From NCBI RefSeq assembly GCF_004010195.1, contig NC_057751.1:2820379-2884378 (forward strand): a DNA stretch of 64,000 nt. The letters run 5' to 3'. The translations under genes were made by a program, and so were the position numbers. Positions 49,715 through 62,619 of this stretch are shown here, piece after piece (the stretch's first letter is position 1; every line of letters starts with the position of its first letter). The notes beneath the pieces are model-generated. The model saw only the letters and a list, made by a program, of their open reading frames with translations. It searched no databases and was not told where the DNA came from. The stretch is from Chiloscyllium plagiosum (lineage: Eukaryota).

Positions 49715-51420
49715 TCGACTAATATTTATTGCCCGTCCCTAGTTGCCCCTTGAGAAGGTGTGCTGCCTTTTGAACCACTGCAGTCCGTGCACTGTGGGCT
49801 GACCCCCAATTCCATTAGGGAAGGAATTCCAGGATTTTGACCCAGCGACACTGAAGGAATGGCGATATATTTCCAAGTCAGGATGGGGAATGGCTTGGAG
49901 GGGAACTTGCAGTAGGTGGTGTTCCCATGTATCTGCTGCCCTTGCCCTTCTAGATGGAAGTGGGCGTGGGTTTGGAAGGTGCTGTCTGAGGATCTTCAGT
50001 GAATTTCTGCAGCACGTTTTGGAGATAGTACACACTGCTGTTCATAAATGTCAGTGATGGAGGGACAAGTCATGTCAATGAAGCAGGCTGCTTTGTGCTC
50101 GATTATATCAAGCTTCATGAGGGTTGTTAGGGCTGCACCCATCCTAGCAAGTGGGGAGTACTCCATCACTCTTCTGAATTGTACCTTGTAGATGATGGAC
50201 AGGCTTTGGGATGTCAGGGGGGGAGTTACTTGCCGCAGTATTCCGAGGCTCTGGCCTGCTGTTGTAGCCACTGTATTTATATGGCAAGTCCAGTTGAGTT
50301 TCTGGTCAATGGTAACCCCCAGGATGTTGGCAGTGGGGGATTCAGTGATGTGAACTCCTTTGAATGTGAAAGGGCCGTGATTAGGTTATTTCTTATTGGA
50401 GATGACTATTGCCTGGCATTTGTGTATGCAAATGTTACTTGCCACTTGTCAGCCCAAGCCTGGATATTGACCAGATCTTGTTGCATCTGAACATGGACTG
50501 CTTCAGTATCTGAGGAGTGGTGAATGGTCTGAACACTGTGTTGTCATCGGCGAACATCCCACTTCTGACCTTCTGATGGAGGGAAGGTCATTGAAGAAGC
50601 AACTGAAGATGGTTGGGCTGAGGACATTACACTGAGGAACTCCTGCAGAGATGTCCTGGTGCTGAGATGACTGACCTCCAACCATCTTCCTCTGTGCCAG
50701 GTATAACTCTAATCATCAGAGAGTTTGCTCTCTGATACCCGTTGATTCTAGTTTTGTTTGGGCTCCTTAATGCTACACTCAGTCGAATGCAGCCTTGATG
50801 TCAAGGGCTGTCCCTCTCCCCTCCCCTCTGGAATTCAGCTGTTTTGTCGATGTTTGACCCAAGGCTGTAATGAGGACAGGAGCTGGGTGGCCCTGGGGGA
50901 ACCCAAACTGGGATTCACTGAGCAGGTTACTGCTGAGCAGGTGCTGCTTGACAGCACTATTGAGGACATCTTTCATCACTTTTGATTTGATTTATTGTAG
51001 TCATGTGTACCTAAGTGCAGTGAAAAGTGCAAGCAGTACATGCCGATCATTGTCAGCAAGGACATACAGATCAGAGGGTGCTTAGACAAAGAGGCTGCAG
51101 GAAGTGCACAAAGCAGGATCAATATTAACAAGATCAACATTATTTCATCCATTTGGCACTTCGAGTTTAACATTTCTGTGAAAGCTTGAGCCTTACCTTT
51201 TGTACTGATGTTTTGGATGTTCCCATCACTGAAGATGAGGATATTTGTGGAAACCCTCCTCCAATGAGTTGCTTTATTGTCCACCACCTTTCATGACAGA
51301 ATGTGGCAGGACTATCGAGTTTTGATCTGATCCATTGGCTGTGGGATAGCTCAGCTCAGGGTATCACTTACTGCTTACGCTGTTTGCCATGTAAGTACTC
51401 CTTTTTGGTCACTTCACCGG
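49715..51420 (-). mobile_element. L2/CR1-group LINE ORF2 remnant
   Basis: Minus ORFs: QFGFPQG, ALDIKAAFD, AGVPQCNVLSPTIFSCFFNDLPS, YKVQFRRVMEYSP, SFSVAGSKSWNSFP. Confidence 0.85.
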
Positions 51421-51433
51421 GTTGACATCTCGT

Positions 51434-51748
51434 GTGGGCGGCTCATTGGCACAGTGGTTAGCACTGCTGCCTCACAGCGCCAGAGACCCGGGTTCAATTC
51501 CCGCCTCAGGCGACTGTGTGGAGTTTGCACGTTCTCCCCGTGTCTGCGTGGGTTTCCTCCGGGTGCTCCAGTTTCCTCCCACCATCCAAAGATGTGCAGG
51601 GTCAGGTGAATTGGCCATACTAAATTGCCTGTAGTGTTAGGTAAGGGGTAAATGTAGGGGTAGGGGTGGGTTTCGCTTCGGCGGGTCGGTGTGGACTTGT
51701 TGGGCCGAAGGGCCTGTTTCCACACTGTAATCCAATCTAATCTAATCT
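51434..51748 (+). mobile_element. HE1-type V-SINE, full length
   Basis: A box TGGCACAGTGG, B box GGTTCAATTCC, V-domain, (CTAAT)n tail. Confidence 0.95.
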
Positions 51749-51942
51749 GTTCAAAGTCTGTCCCATTTAGCATCTTATTGCAATCCAACAAGATTATAGG
51801 TAATCTTCCATCTCACTCCATTTTCCCACACTGTCCCATATCTCTTGAACTCTCTTAGTACCCAAACAACATCAAGGTCAGCCCCTGAATGAAGTCAACA
51901 ACTGAGCATCCACAGTTCTCTGGGGTGAGGAATTCCAAAGAT

Positions 51943-52063
51943 CTCTCCAGCGCCAAGGCTCCCAGCCTCATTCCTGATGAAGGGATTTTGCCCAAAACAT
52001 TGATTTTCCTGCTCCTTGTTTGCTGCTTGACCTGCTGTGCTTTTCCAGCACCACTCTAATCTT
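51943..52063 (+). mobile_element. Mini PLE pseudo-LTR insert with hammerhead-like motif
   Basis: ATTC-CTGATGA-AGGGATTTTGCCC-AAAAC-ATT-GATT; TSD AATTCCAAAGAT at 51931-51942 and 52064-52075. Confidence 0.8.
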
Positions 52064-53099
52064 AATTCCAAAGATACACACAGCTCTGAATGAAGACCTT
52101 TCTCCTCATCTCAGTCCTTAAGTGCTGACTCCTTATCCTGAGATTGTGACCATGTGTTCTGAAACAGCCTCCCTATTCCACACCCTACCAAGTGTCATCA
52201 TAATTTCACACAAATTGATCTTTCATTCTTGATGCCATCCATAAAACCTGCTCGACACTGCAATGGCAGCACACCACTGTCCCGATCTGACCTTGTTTAA
52301 TCAATGTAATGATATTTGAATTAAAAGTAGGTGCTTAAAATATTGCAGTCCTTGCTGTTATACTGCCTCTTTGTTTATTAGTTTCTTTGTTTTATTTGAT
52401 TGCACTTTCTCTGTATGAATGTTGCAATTTAATTTAATGAAAACGTAGAACATTACATTGAGCTTATCATCTCTTCAGTTGATTGAAATTTTAATCCCCT
52501 CGATATGTTTAATTGATCAACTTCTAAACTCAACCATGACACAATCACAGAATTAATAAAACTCAGAAAAAGGCCAACTGACCCATCTGCATTGGCTGCA
52601 TGAATGAACATCTCATTTCAACTATTACCCTTATCACATCAGTGGAAGGATGGATGGGTTTTCATGTATGAAGGTAAACTGGGGACATTTGGATAGTTGT
52701 CTGTGGAGAAGAGAAGGAAGGAGAAGATTTTAAACAGTTATTCAAAATGATGTGGGGTCTTCACAGAGTAATTTGTGCAAAACAATTCCCACTTATGAGA
52801 AGATTGGGAACAAACAGGAAAATATTTAAAGTAATTGGTGCAAATCGCAAAAATTCAATGAGAGAAACTTTTCACAAAGCGAGTAGTTATCTTTTGGAAT
52901 GTCCTCTCTGAAAGTGTAGTGGAGGCTGGTTCACTCGAGTATTTTGGGTCTGGATTGAAGTGCGTGAGAGTGTCGGGGAGGCAGGTTCAACTGAAACATT
53001 CAAAATTAAATTGTTAAACATAAATGTTTAACATAACTGGGGAAGCTGAAGCAGATTTCAATCTTTTTGCATTTGTTTTCGTGTTGTAGGCAACACCTG

Positions 53100-53800
53100 T
53101 CAAGGTTCCAGTCTATCCTGGCCGGGGTGGATCTTGTCTTTGGTGTACTTGGTTCAGGGCCACATGTCGGGATTCACCCAATCCTAGCACTCGCCAAGGG
53201 ATCCTGCAGGGGTCAGGACCCTGGGACATGACCTCGGTCTACCCTGAGGCCAGTACATTGTACTTTGTGATCAGTGACAAAGTACTCATGATCCTGGAAG
53301 CAGGGCCTGTGTCCAGAGTGGAGGTTGAAGAAGGTGAGACTGAAGACTGAAGCCAAGTGGAGAGGTGTGAGCGCAGTCAATATCAGGGAACAGGATCTGG
53401 TGAATGGCAGCTTGAAGGAACCAAGGCAATGAACACAAAAGGTATACTGAGTCCTCTGAAAGTGGTGTAGGGTTGATGAAGTGACGGTGGAGTGGAAAAA
53501 CCTCAACAGACCATCAAAGCTGCAACTCTGAGTTTGTGGGACCACCAGGTTGAGAAAGACCTTCTTTGTGTCAGTGGATCAAGGTAATCTAGATGATAAG
53601 GTCAGGGGAATTTAACAGCAGGTGTTCCACAAACTGAGCTTGAGATCACAAATTCAACTCTTGACACATTGGACTGAAAGGGCCATCGGAAATAGCTTGT
53701 TTCTCTGAGTAAAGCTTTCCCATTCATGTTTGTTAAGGTTGGGTGGTAGCAGAATAAAAGATGCTTGTTTTATCACCTTGATGAAGTCCAACATACTTGA
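53100..53800 (-). mobile_element. Possible old Tx1/L1-clade ORF2 3' remnant
   Basis: Weak resemblance of 'FDGLLRFFHS...LGSFKLPFTRS' to recalled Tx1 C-terminal motifs. Confidence 0.3.
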
Positions 53801-54697
53801 ATCTCTTTGAACACAGAGATGGCCCTGCAGTTTATGGTCCCTCTGTAACGATATTGGTTTGAGAATTTGAGGACAATAACACAGTAAAGAAGGAAGAGGT
53901 GTTACATGTCCAAATCAGGGTGTTGTATAGCTAAGAGGAAAATATGTCATGATGGTGTTCCCAAGCATATTCTTACACAGATTTCCTTTGCACTTTCAGC
54001 CTGATAAACCATAAGTTTAGGTTCTGCACAGTCTGACGCCATCTATCTCTAGGTGACAGTTCAATTGTAAACGAGTAACATTTGAATTAGGACAATGAAC
54101 TTAACTCAATTATTGCACCAGATACAACTTGACAGAGCTTGAGTGAAGCGAGTCCAATGTTTGGAAAATTAGCCATCAATTCTTTAAACCAGTTTGTTTT
54201 CGTCATTTTCTGAGAACAGTGAGGTGGTAAAAGTTCTGCTTTAAGTAATGTGTTCAGTCTTCTGTCGAAACAAGCAATGATTAAATCTACTCTCTTCCCT
54301 GAAAATAACTTCCAGCTGCAGTGAGTAGTGACACAAACACATAATTACCAGAAGAGATATATAAAAAACAATTACCAGAACCAGCCACTCACTCCTTCCC
54401 TGCTCCTTTAATTACTTTGGACTATCTTTAAATCTTTGCAACAGCTTTAAACTTGTGATTTCCACTGTATTGACATTCCTCAAGGGTTGTTATATTCAGG
54501 AACCAATTCATTCATATTCTAAAGAGTAAGGAACCTCAAGCTGACTTCAAAGCTGAGGTTAATGTGACAGGATAATGCTACATTTTTCAATGTGCAGACT
54601 CATTATAAGCAGCAGAAGAGGAGAAATCCCTAGTTGCCCCTCAAGGCAGTTGTTCACCACTTTCTCTGGGTAATTAGGGACAGACAAGGTCAAAGCA

Positions 54698-55470
54698 TCA
54701 AGTGTAGAAGTTGGGAGGTCATGTTGCAGCTGTACAGGACGTTGGTTGGGCCACTTTTGGAATATTGCGTGTAATTCTGGTCTCCCTCCTATCGGAAGGA
54801 TGTTGTGAAACTTGAAAGGGTTCAGAGGAGGTTGGCAGAGATGTTGCCAGGGTTGGAGGATCTGAGCTATAGGGAGAGGCTGAACAGGCTGGGGCTGTTT
54901 TCCCTGGAGCGTCTGAGGCTGAGGGATGACCTTATAGAGGTTTATAGAATCATGAAGGACATGGATAGGGTAAATAGACAGGGTCTATTTCCCAGGGTAG
55001 GAGGAGTCCAGATCTAGAGGGGAAAGATTTAAAAGGGAACTAAGAGGAAACCTTTTCACACAGAGGCTAATGATTGTATGAAATGAGCTGCCAGAGGATG
55101 TGGTGAAGGCTGGTACAATTGCAACATTTAAAAGGCAGCTGGATGGGTATATGAATAGGAAGGGTTCAGAGGGGTATGGGCCGGGTGCTGGCAAATGGGA
55201 CTAGATTAGGTTAGGATGTCTGGTCAGCATGGATGAGTTGGAGCAAAGAGTCTGTTTCCAGGGAAAACAACCCAGAGTATTCAGCCTCACCTTATATCTG
55301 AAATTCTCCAACCCTAGCAACATCTCTGCCAACCTCCTCTGAACCCTTTCAAGTTTCACAACATCCTTCCGTTAGGAGGGAGACCAGAATTACACGCAAT
55401 ATTCCAAAAGTGGCCCAACCAATGTCCTGCAACATGACCTCTCAACTTCTACACTTGACTCTATGACTGT
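54698..55470 (+). mobile_element. CR1 3' fragment whose tail contains an inverted copy (55257-55458) of its own 5' part (54698-54908)
   Basis: KLERVQRR..MLPGLEDLSYRERL; reverse-complement match between the two arms. Confidence 0.9.
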
Positions 55471-56182
55471 AAAACCTGGTGTCAGACACTTCGGGAGCAA
55501 TTTGTAAGAAAGAAAGAGCTCAAGAGAAATCCAAGGACTTCCTGGCTTTGAAGGCTTTGAGGAAATGATAACAGTCGAACTTTGAGAGCGTGTATTCTCT
55601 GATTGTTACCTTTCCTCAGGAAACAATGGAAGGACAAATCCTCTGACATTGCCTCATTCCCTCATTTCTGGCACCAGGGCACAAGCCCCTGAAGTTGAAA
55701 TTGTATGCTTCTTACACAAAGGCAAGAGATGTAGCTGAAAAGATTTACATGTTTAGTATCACTGGATTGGAGCACTTATTCTTAATCTGGTATGAAGTTG
55801 ACCAGAGAATACCTTGTCATAAGGCGACATGCTAACGGAGTGAACCTTATAGACAGTGAACACCAGTGGAATAGAAGTGAGATCTGCTCAATAAATCTCA
55901 ATTCCAAACCGAATCCTGCCTCTGGACTGTCAGTGCAGCATTCTTCATTTAAGTCTCACCTGCCAAGTGAAAGTCAGATAATATTCTTGGACTGTTTGAA
56001 TTGACGTCCAATGAGTTGCTATTCCTGTGGTGAAACTCTACATTTCTGGGACAAAACCCAAACAGTAAGTAGAACTGATCTGTCGGTTGGTGCATCTGGT
56101 TTAGGTTCAGGGGTCACAGGCTAATTAAAGAATATTCCTGTTGACTCATGCTTAATCATCCCTACCACAGTGCTGCTCGTGA

Positions 56183-56490
56183 GACAGATGACAGTTCATT
56201 GCACAGACCATGTTGTTCCCTTTCACAGATGGCAATTGGTTATATAGATGCAGTTTTGAAACAGACAACAGTTCATTATACATATGACAATGGTTCATTG
56301 TACAGATAACATTGGTTCACTATCTCGATAATGATTCATGATGCTGTGCAGACCATGTTCCTGCATGAGGCTGACATTTTGTCAACGTACAGATGATCAT
56401 TCCTGACACAGAAGATACTCATTCACTCTCCAGTTATGTTGGTTCCTTCCAAGCTCACAGTTTATTACACAGATGATTGTTATACATTGT
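56183..56490 (+). repeat. Degenerate 19-22-bp tandem repeat (ACAGATGACA...GTTCATTG)
   Basis: ACAGATGACAGTTCATTGC, ACAGACAACAGTTCATTAT, ACATATGACAATGGTTCATTGT, ACAGATAACATTGGTTCACT. Confidence 0.65.
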
Positions 56491-57272
56491 GAAAACCACT
56501 GCACTGAAGGCTGTTTTGAACGACAACGCATTCTCCCATTCAAAGGCACAACAGTTTTAGTGAGAGTGTACAGTCAGATGCAAATGAGCAAAATCTAATT
56601 ATTACGTTTTTAAAGAAACAAACAGTAAATCAGTGTTCAGAGCCCTCATTTTGTCTTCTGTTGACACCAGACTGTATTCAATCATTTGGCACTTACAGGC
56701 TGCCAGAGGCAGCAAAAACCTGAATGAAGATTCTGTTTATCATCACAGCTGGACTCTCTCATTTATTCATCATCTTTTCAGATTGATTCCTCTCCCTTCA
56801 CCTCAGTAGCGTGTGTGGCAAGATCAAATGAGCCTGGGAGCTTTTGTTCTGTGTGTCCTGGTGTTTCTCGCACTTTCCGTCTCAAGAAAGCTTCACCCCA
56901 TGACCAGCTGGACAGTAGGTCATAAACATATCAAAGGAATTTCAGTTGAAGAAAGGAGGCCATTTGGCCCATCTTTTAATTTTTGGTGCATGTTTCACAC
57001 CAGACCTATTTCCTATAATCTCAGTTCTTCTGATCTCTGGAGGGAACAGTCTTTGTATTTGTTATTTAGAGAATCTGAAACCACAAAGAGAATGAAGCAA
57101 AAAGGTTCGGTGTTAAAACAAAATAACTTTACCAAAAAAAAATCCAAATCATGAATACTGACAACTAACTTCAAACATGAGGTAATCAGTGGACATCAAA
57201 GATATTACACATGCAATAAACACACGTACTTAGTATCAGTCTGAACCAAACTTCTGAACTGAAATTTCCCTC

Positions 57273-57597
57273 CACAGTGGTTAGCACTGCTGGCTCACAG
57301 TGCTAGGGTGCTGGGTTCGATTCCAACCTCGTGCGACTGTCTGTGTGGAGTTTGCACATTCTCCCCGTGTCTGCGTGGGTTTCTTCCGGGTGCTCTGGTT
57401 TCCTCCCATAATCCAAAGATGTGCAGGCCAGGTGAATTGGCCATGCTAAATTGCCCATTGTGCTTGGTGCATCAGTCAGGGGTAAATGTAGAGTATGGAG
57501 GGTAGGGGAATGAGTCTGGGTGGGCTACTCTTTAGAAGGTCAGTATGGACTTGATGGGCCAAAGGACCTGTTTCCATACTGTAGGGAATCTAATCTA
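57273..57597 (+). mobile_element. HE1-type V-SINE, slightly 5'-truncated
   Basis: B box GGTTCGATTCC, V-domain, tail GGGAATCTAATCT. Confidence 0.9.
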
Positions 57598-57989
57598 AAA
57601 TAATCCATTTGACTTGTATCCCTCTCGGCTCAGTTTAAATAAACTGGATGTTAACCCCATGGGCACTTACAAAGGTTCAGGGAAAGGTTAAGATTTCTTG
57701 GGCCTTCTGCTGACTTCCTCTCACACCTCCTCCAACCCTCCCACAGTTGCAGACTGCTTGATCAACATGGGAGTCACTATCTGAGGCTGGCCACCTCTTG
57801 TCAGAGCTCTCCAATTTCTAATCATCTTTAACTAAAACTCTTTCATCTTGGCTAGCCCAGAAGTTGAACACACTATAGGGAGCAATTCAATTAACAAGTG
57901 TTTTCTGCTCTCTTTCAGGAAGCATAGAAAGTTTCACTAAGCCCTGCCTGAGAGACATGCTTCCTACTCTGCAGTAGGTTCATTATTGT

Positions 57990-58980
57990 TATTCGCTCAC
58001 AGGATGTGGGCATCTCTGGTTGGGCCCAGTATTTATTGCCACAAACTAGTTGCCTCCTTGAGAAGGTGGGGGTGAGCTGCCTTCTTGAAATGCTGCAGTC
58101 CCACAATGCCCTTAGAGAGGGAATTCCAGGATTCTGACCCAGTGACAGTGAAGGAACGGCGATGTATTTCCAAGTCAGGATGGAGAGTGGTTTGCGGGGA
58201 GGCATCTTGCAGGTGGTGTTCCCGTGTATCTGCTGCCCTTGTCCTTCCACATGGAACCAACCTCTGTGTAAAGAATTTGTCTATAATTCCTTTTTAAAAT
58301 CTCTCTCCGCTCACCTGAAGAATGTGCTCCCTTATCTTGAAATCCACAAGGGGAAAGACACTTATTTTTAACTCTGTCTATATCTCTCATTATTTTCTCA
58401 ACTTCTGTCAGATCACCTCTCAACCATCTCCGGTCCAATGGAAAAAGTTGCCACTCTATCTAGTCTTTCTTTACAACTCAAACCTTCCAGACCCGGCAAC
58501 GTTCTCTTCTGAAATCTCTCTCGGTTGATAATATCCTTACTATAACTGAATGACCAAAACTGCGCACAGTATTCCAGAAGAGGCCTCACCAATATCCTGC
58601 ACAACCTCAATATGGTGTCACACCTCTTCTACTCAAAGGACTGTGCAATGACGGCAAGCATGCCAAATGCCTTTTTAGCCACGCTGATCTTGGAAGGTGC
58701 TGTATAAGAAGCTGTGGAGAATGTCTGCAGTGTATCTTCTAGATAGTACACATTGCTGCGACTGAGCTTTGGTAATGGAGAGAGTGGATGCTCATGGACA
58801 ATCAAGCAGGTTGCTCTATCCCAGGATGGTGTCGAGCATCTTGAGTGCTGTTGGAGCTGCCCCCATCCAGGCAATAGGGGAGTATTCCATCCTACTCCAC
58901 ATGTAGATGGTAGATGTAGTCCACCATCTTCATGTGCCTTGTAGATGGTCATTGGCTGGCATTTGTGTGGAGTGAATATT
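57990..58980 (-). mobile_element. L2/CR1-group LINE 3' fragment interrupted by a CR1 fragment (about 58250-58685)
   Basis: Homologous to 49715-50450; the inner CR1 encodes RPLLEYCAQFW and LRGDLTEV. Confidence 0.8.
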
Positions 58981-59299
58981 AGATTAGATTAGATTAGATT
59001 ACAGTGTGGAAACAGGCCCTTCGGCCCAACAAGTCCACACCGACCCGCCGAAGCGAAACCCACCCATACCCCTACATTTACCCCTCACCTAACACTACAG
59101 GCAATTTAGTATGGCCAATTCACCTGACCCTGCACATCTTTGGATGGTGGGAGGAAACTGGAGCACCCGGAGGAAACCCACGCAGACACGGGGAGAACGT
59201 GCAAACTCCACACAGTCAGTCGCCTGAGGCGGGAATTGAACCCGGGTCTCTGGCGCTGTGAGGCAGCAGTGCTAACCACTGTGCCACCGTGCCGCCCAC
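58981..59299 (-). mobile_element. HE1-type V-SINE, full length
   Basis: Near-identical reverse complement of 51434-51748; possible TSD AATATTA at 58975-58981 and 59300-59306. Confidence 0.95.
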
Positions 59300-59310
59300 A
59301 ATATTACTTA

Positions 59311-59883
59311 TGTGACAATGCTGTCATTTTAAAATCATCATTTTGTCCTTGGTTTCTTTGAAGAGAGGCCATAAAAGTGCAAGTACTTTGGTTTAACAAC
59401 ACAAGGGGTACAGCTAATTCTCCCAGTTCAGGTTTTTTTCTAGTTTGTTTTAGCCACGAACAGTCACAAGATGTGTGATTCGAGAAGGGTTGCAAGTTTC
59501 AGTGGAGAATTCCTCTGACCTCCTCCGAAATCTCTTTCTGGGTGTTGTTTCATCCTGCCTGTAAGAATCAGTGTTTAAATTTACCTTTTTGCCAAGGGGC
59601 GTATTTATGGGATGGTACTATATTGGAACAGTTAACGAGTAATAGTTACTGTATCGGGTCGGTTAAGTTTTCCAACAGTTAAGCTACTCCAAAATCCATT
59701 TTCTTTTGCTTGCATTTCAACTGCAGTGTTTAAATAAATTCTGTTTGGCTTAAAGCCAAATGGTTTGACCACCTGCATCACTCCTGGAATATCTACTTTG
59801 CATCTGCCTTTAAAATTAAAGAAGTTAGGGTCTAGGCTACCTTCTTAAAATATTTTGAGTGGGGTCTGGCTTGGTCCATAACA
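59311..59883 (-). mobile_element. Putative solo LTR, same family as 38496-39311, opposite orientation
   Basis: Its end GGGGTCTGGCTTGGTCCATAACA is the reverse complement of TGTTATGGACCAAGCCAGACCCC (compare 38496); no matching TSD seen. Confidence 0.7.
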
Positions 59884-60602
59884 CAGATTCATGACCCTTT
59901 GAGAAATGTAATTTCTCCTCATCTCTGTTTTATTTCTGCCACCCTCAAACTATAACCTCTTGCTTCACAAGAGGAAGCATCCATTCTACATCTATTCTGT
60001 CAATCCCCTTTCGCATCTTATATATCTCAACTTGATCTCCTCTCATCCTCCTAAGCGACTATCTCAATCTCCCCTCATAAACCAAGCCTTTCATCTGTTG
60101 AATTAATCTTATGAGCCTTCTCTGAACTGCGTCCAAGGCAATTATATCCTTCCTCAAGCTGGGGACCAAACCTGTGTGTAATGTCCCAACTGCGGTTTCA
60201 CAAATGCCTTGTACAATTTGCCAGAAGACTTCCCTACTTTAACACTCAATTCCTTTTCGTAATACATGCTAAAATTCCATTTACCTTCCTTATTATTCCA
60301 TTATGCAATGCCATTCCAAGACCATATAGAAATGGAGTACCTCCTTGTTTCACCCAATTGTATTTGCTTTGACTCTTTAGGTTACATTCATTCTGATGTC
60401 ACCAGCATTTTAATCATTTCAAAATGCAAGTGTTCAAGAGGTATGCAGAAAGTCAATTTGAATCAATACTCTTGCCTGGAATTTTTTGTAGTCATGTCCT
60501 GGAGATGAATGTTCAATTCCTGAAGGTTCCAAGGGAATCTGGAAGACTAAAATCCTTTATGTTTCCCCTCCTGAGCCTAGCTAGACTTGGTCAGGGAAGT
60601 AG

Positions 60603-60734
60603 TCAAGATTAGAGTGATTAGCCCAAAACATTGATTTTCCTGCTCCTTGGATGCTGCCTGACCTGCTGTGCTTTTCCAGCACCCCTCTAATCTTGACTCT
60701 AATCTCTAACATCTGCAGTCCCCACCTCCGCCTC
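60603..60734 (+). mobile_element. Mini PLE pseudo-LTR insert with a short inverted 5' head
   Basis: TSD GGTCAGGGAAGTAG at 60589-60602 and 60735-60748; head TCAAGATTAGAG is the reverse complement of internal CTCTAATCTTGA; GCCCAAAACATTGATTTTCCTGCTCC. Confidence 0.8.
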
Positions 60735-62619
60735 GGTCAGGGAAGTAGCCCATCACTGTCAAACACTTGGCCTTCAGAAATGACATGGACTCCAGAATGG
60801 GGTGTAGTTTCAAGCTATTTCAGGCAGAGATCACTCTGGATGCCTTGTGCCTACTTGTTGCCAAGATGGCAGAGTGGCAGGGAATACTGATTGTATTGCC
60901 CATTGCATTGCAGAGATGCTACTCTAGCTCTCAAAGTTGCCGTGAAGATTTTCTACGTGAAAGATTCTTTAATTCATTGACAGATGAACTGGAATACACC
61001 AATGCTACTGGTAACTGGTGTTGACGGTGTTGCTGCTTTTTGATTTGATTAGATTTATTATTGTTACATGTACCAGATACAGTCAAAAGTGTTGTTTTGT
61101 ATGCTAACCAGGGAAATCATAGCTTGCATAAGTCCATCAGGGCAATAGAATGCAGAATATAATGTTACAGCTACAGGGAACGTGCAGAGAAAGATCAACT
61201 CTAATATATGAAAGATCTGTTCAGAAATCTGATAACAGATGGGAAAATCTGAAGGAAAAAAAAATTTAATGTCGAGTTCACAAAGTGAACAATCATATCC
61301 TGTTAGGTAGGTTTAAGAGTTTAGTTTTGTAGAAACTTGAACCAGAACACTGAAAAACATTTGGGTGCAATAAGCTTTGAGTCTCATTGACCAGAGTCAT
61401 GTGATGCAAGCAGACCTGAACCTGCACTTTAAATAGTATTATTATTACTGGATTACCTTCTCGGTGCGACCTTCTGCATTACATATTGTGACCACAGGCT
61501 ATCTCTGAATTAAATTGTAACATTTATTTCATTAGAATCAATTAAAGGTTGGAGTGCTGAACCATTGAGTTGCCAGAGGGGAGCTTGCCTTTGACAAAAT
61601 CAAACAGCTCCACATCAGAACAATTTTTGCACAGTTCATTTCCCTCTGAATGAGGTTTTGACTTATTAAAAGTGACCAGCATTGACTGAAGTGCCTCTGG
61701 GAACATCAGAACTTTCATTTTAACTTACCCAATGGTACAGGAAGAGAAAGTGCCCACAGTTCATTGGCATCTGTGGCTGCCTCTTCCAAGGACTTCTGCC
61801 AGTTTAATTACTTTATTTCTTCTTAATTACCTCCATCTTTTTTTCCCTTTGCCTTCTGGTTAAGACATTCCACAACTTAAAAGTGAAGCTCATGTGTGGT
61901 TCGACATTGACATATAAATGGAGCTTCTATCAGCCAACACGCTGACCCTGATCACAGATTTTAGACTTCAGAAATTTATACAGTACCGAAACAGACCTTG
62001 GCTTGGGTGTGAGCTGGATAAGAGTTCAAGTAGCGAAATGAGAAATTTTAATTGTATATTGTGTTTTTAGTTTTACCCATGACTATTTCCTGTTCCACTG
62101 ACAACATCACACGCTAATTTAAATAAACCAAATCAATGTTGAGATTGGATAAATGACAGTGATAATTCCACAACTTCCCAATGAAGGGCTCACACCCTTA
62201 CCCCTTACAGTGCTGCTACTCAGTTGCTGTGCTTTTCCAGCACCACACTTTTTGAATCTGCTGCGTACACCTTATTCATCACCGGTCTATTTTCTCGTGA
62301 TCAAGGAAGGCTGTCTCTTCATTCTTCCATCGAAGGTGAGTGTCATCGGCAAGACCAACATTTGTGTTGACCAAACCTAATTTAGTCGAATGACTTGGAT
62401 GAAGCACTCAAAGTGTAATGGAGACTCAAGCACATGACAGTGATTCTGGAGTCACATGTCACCCAAACTTGGGAAGGATGACATAACTCAGGAGATAGTA
62501 TTAGAGTCTCCAGCTCACAAAATAGGACAGAGTGCTTGGAAAAGGTCAGAAATCAAACTTCAGGCACATTGGATAAATGAATAAAAATGAGAAGAGGGAC
62601 CGTTCATACAGGACTGACA

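Noticed and set aside
61040..61250. Short element starting with (TTTGA)n, also near 50980-51130
   Set aside because: Probably the minus-strand 3' tail of another LINE (perhaps Rex1/Babar-like), but too short and diverged to classify.
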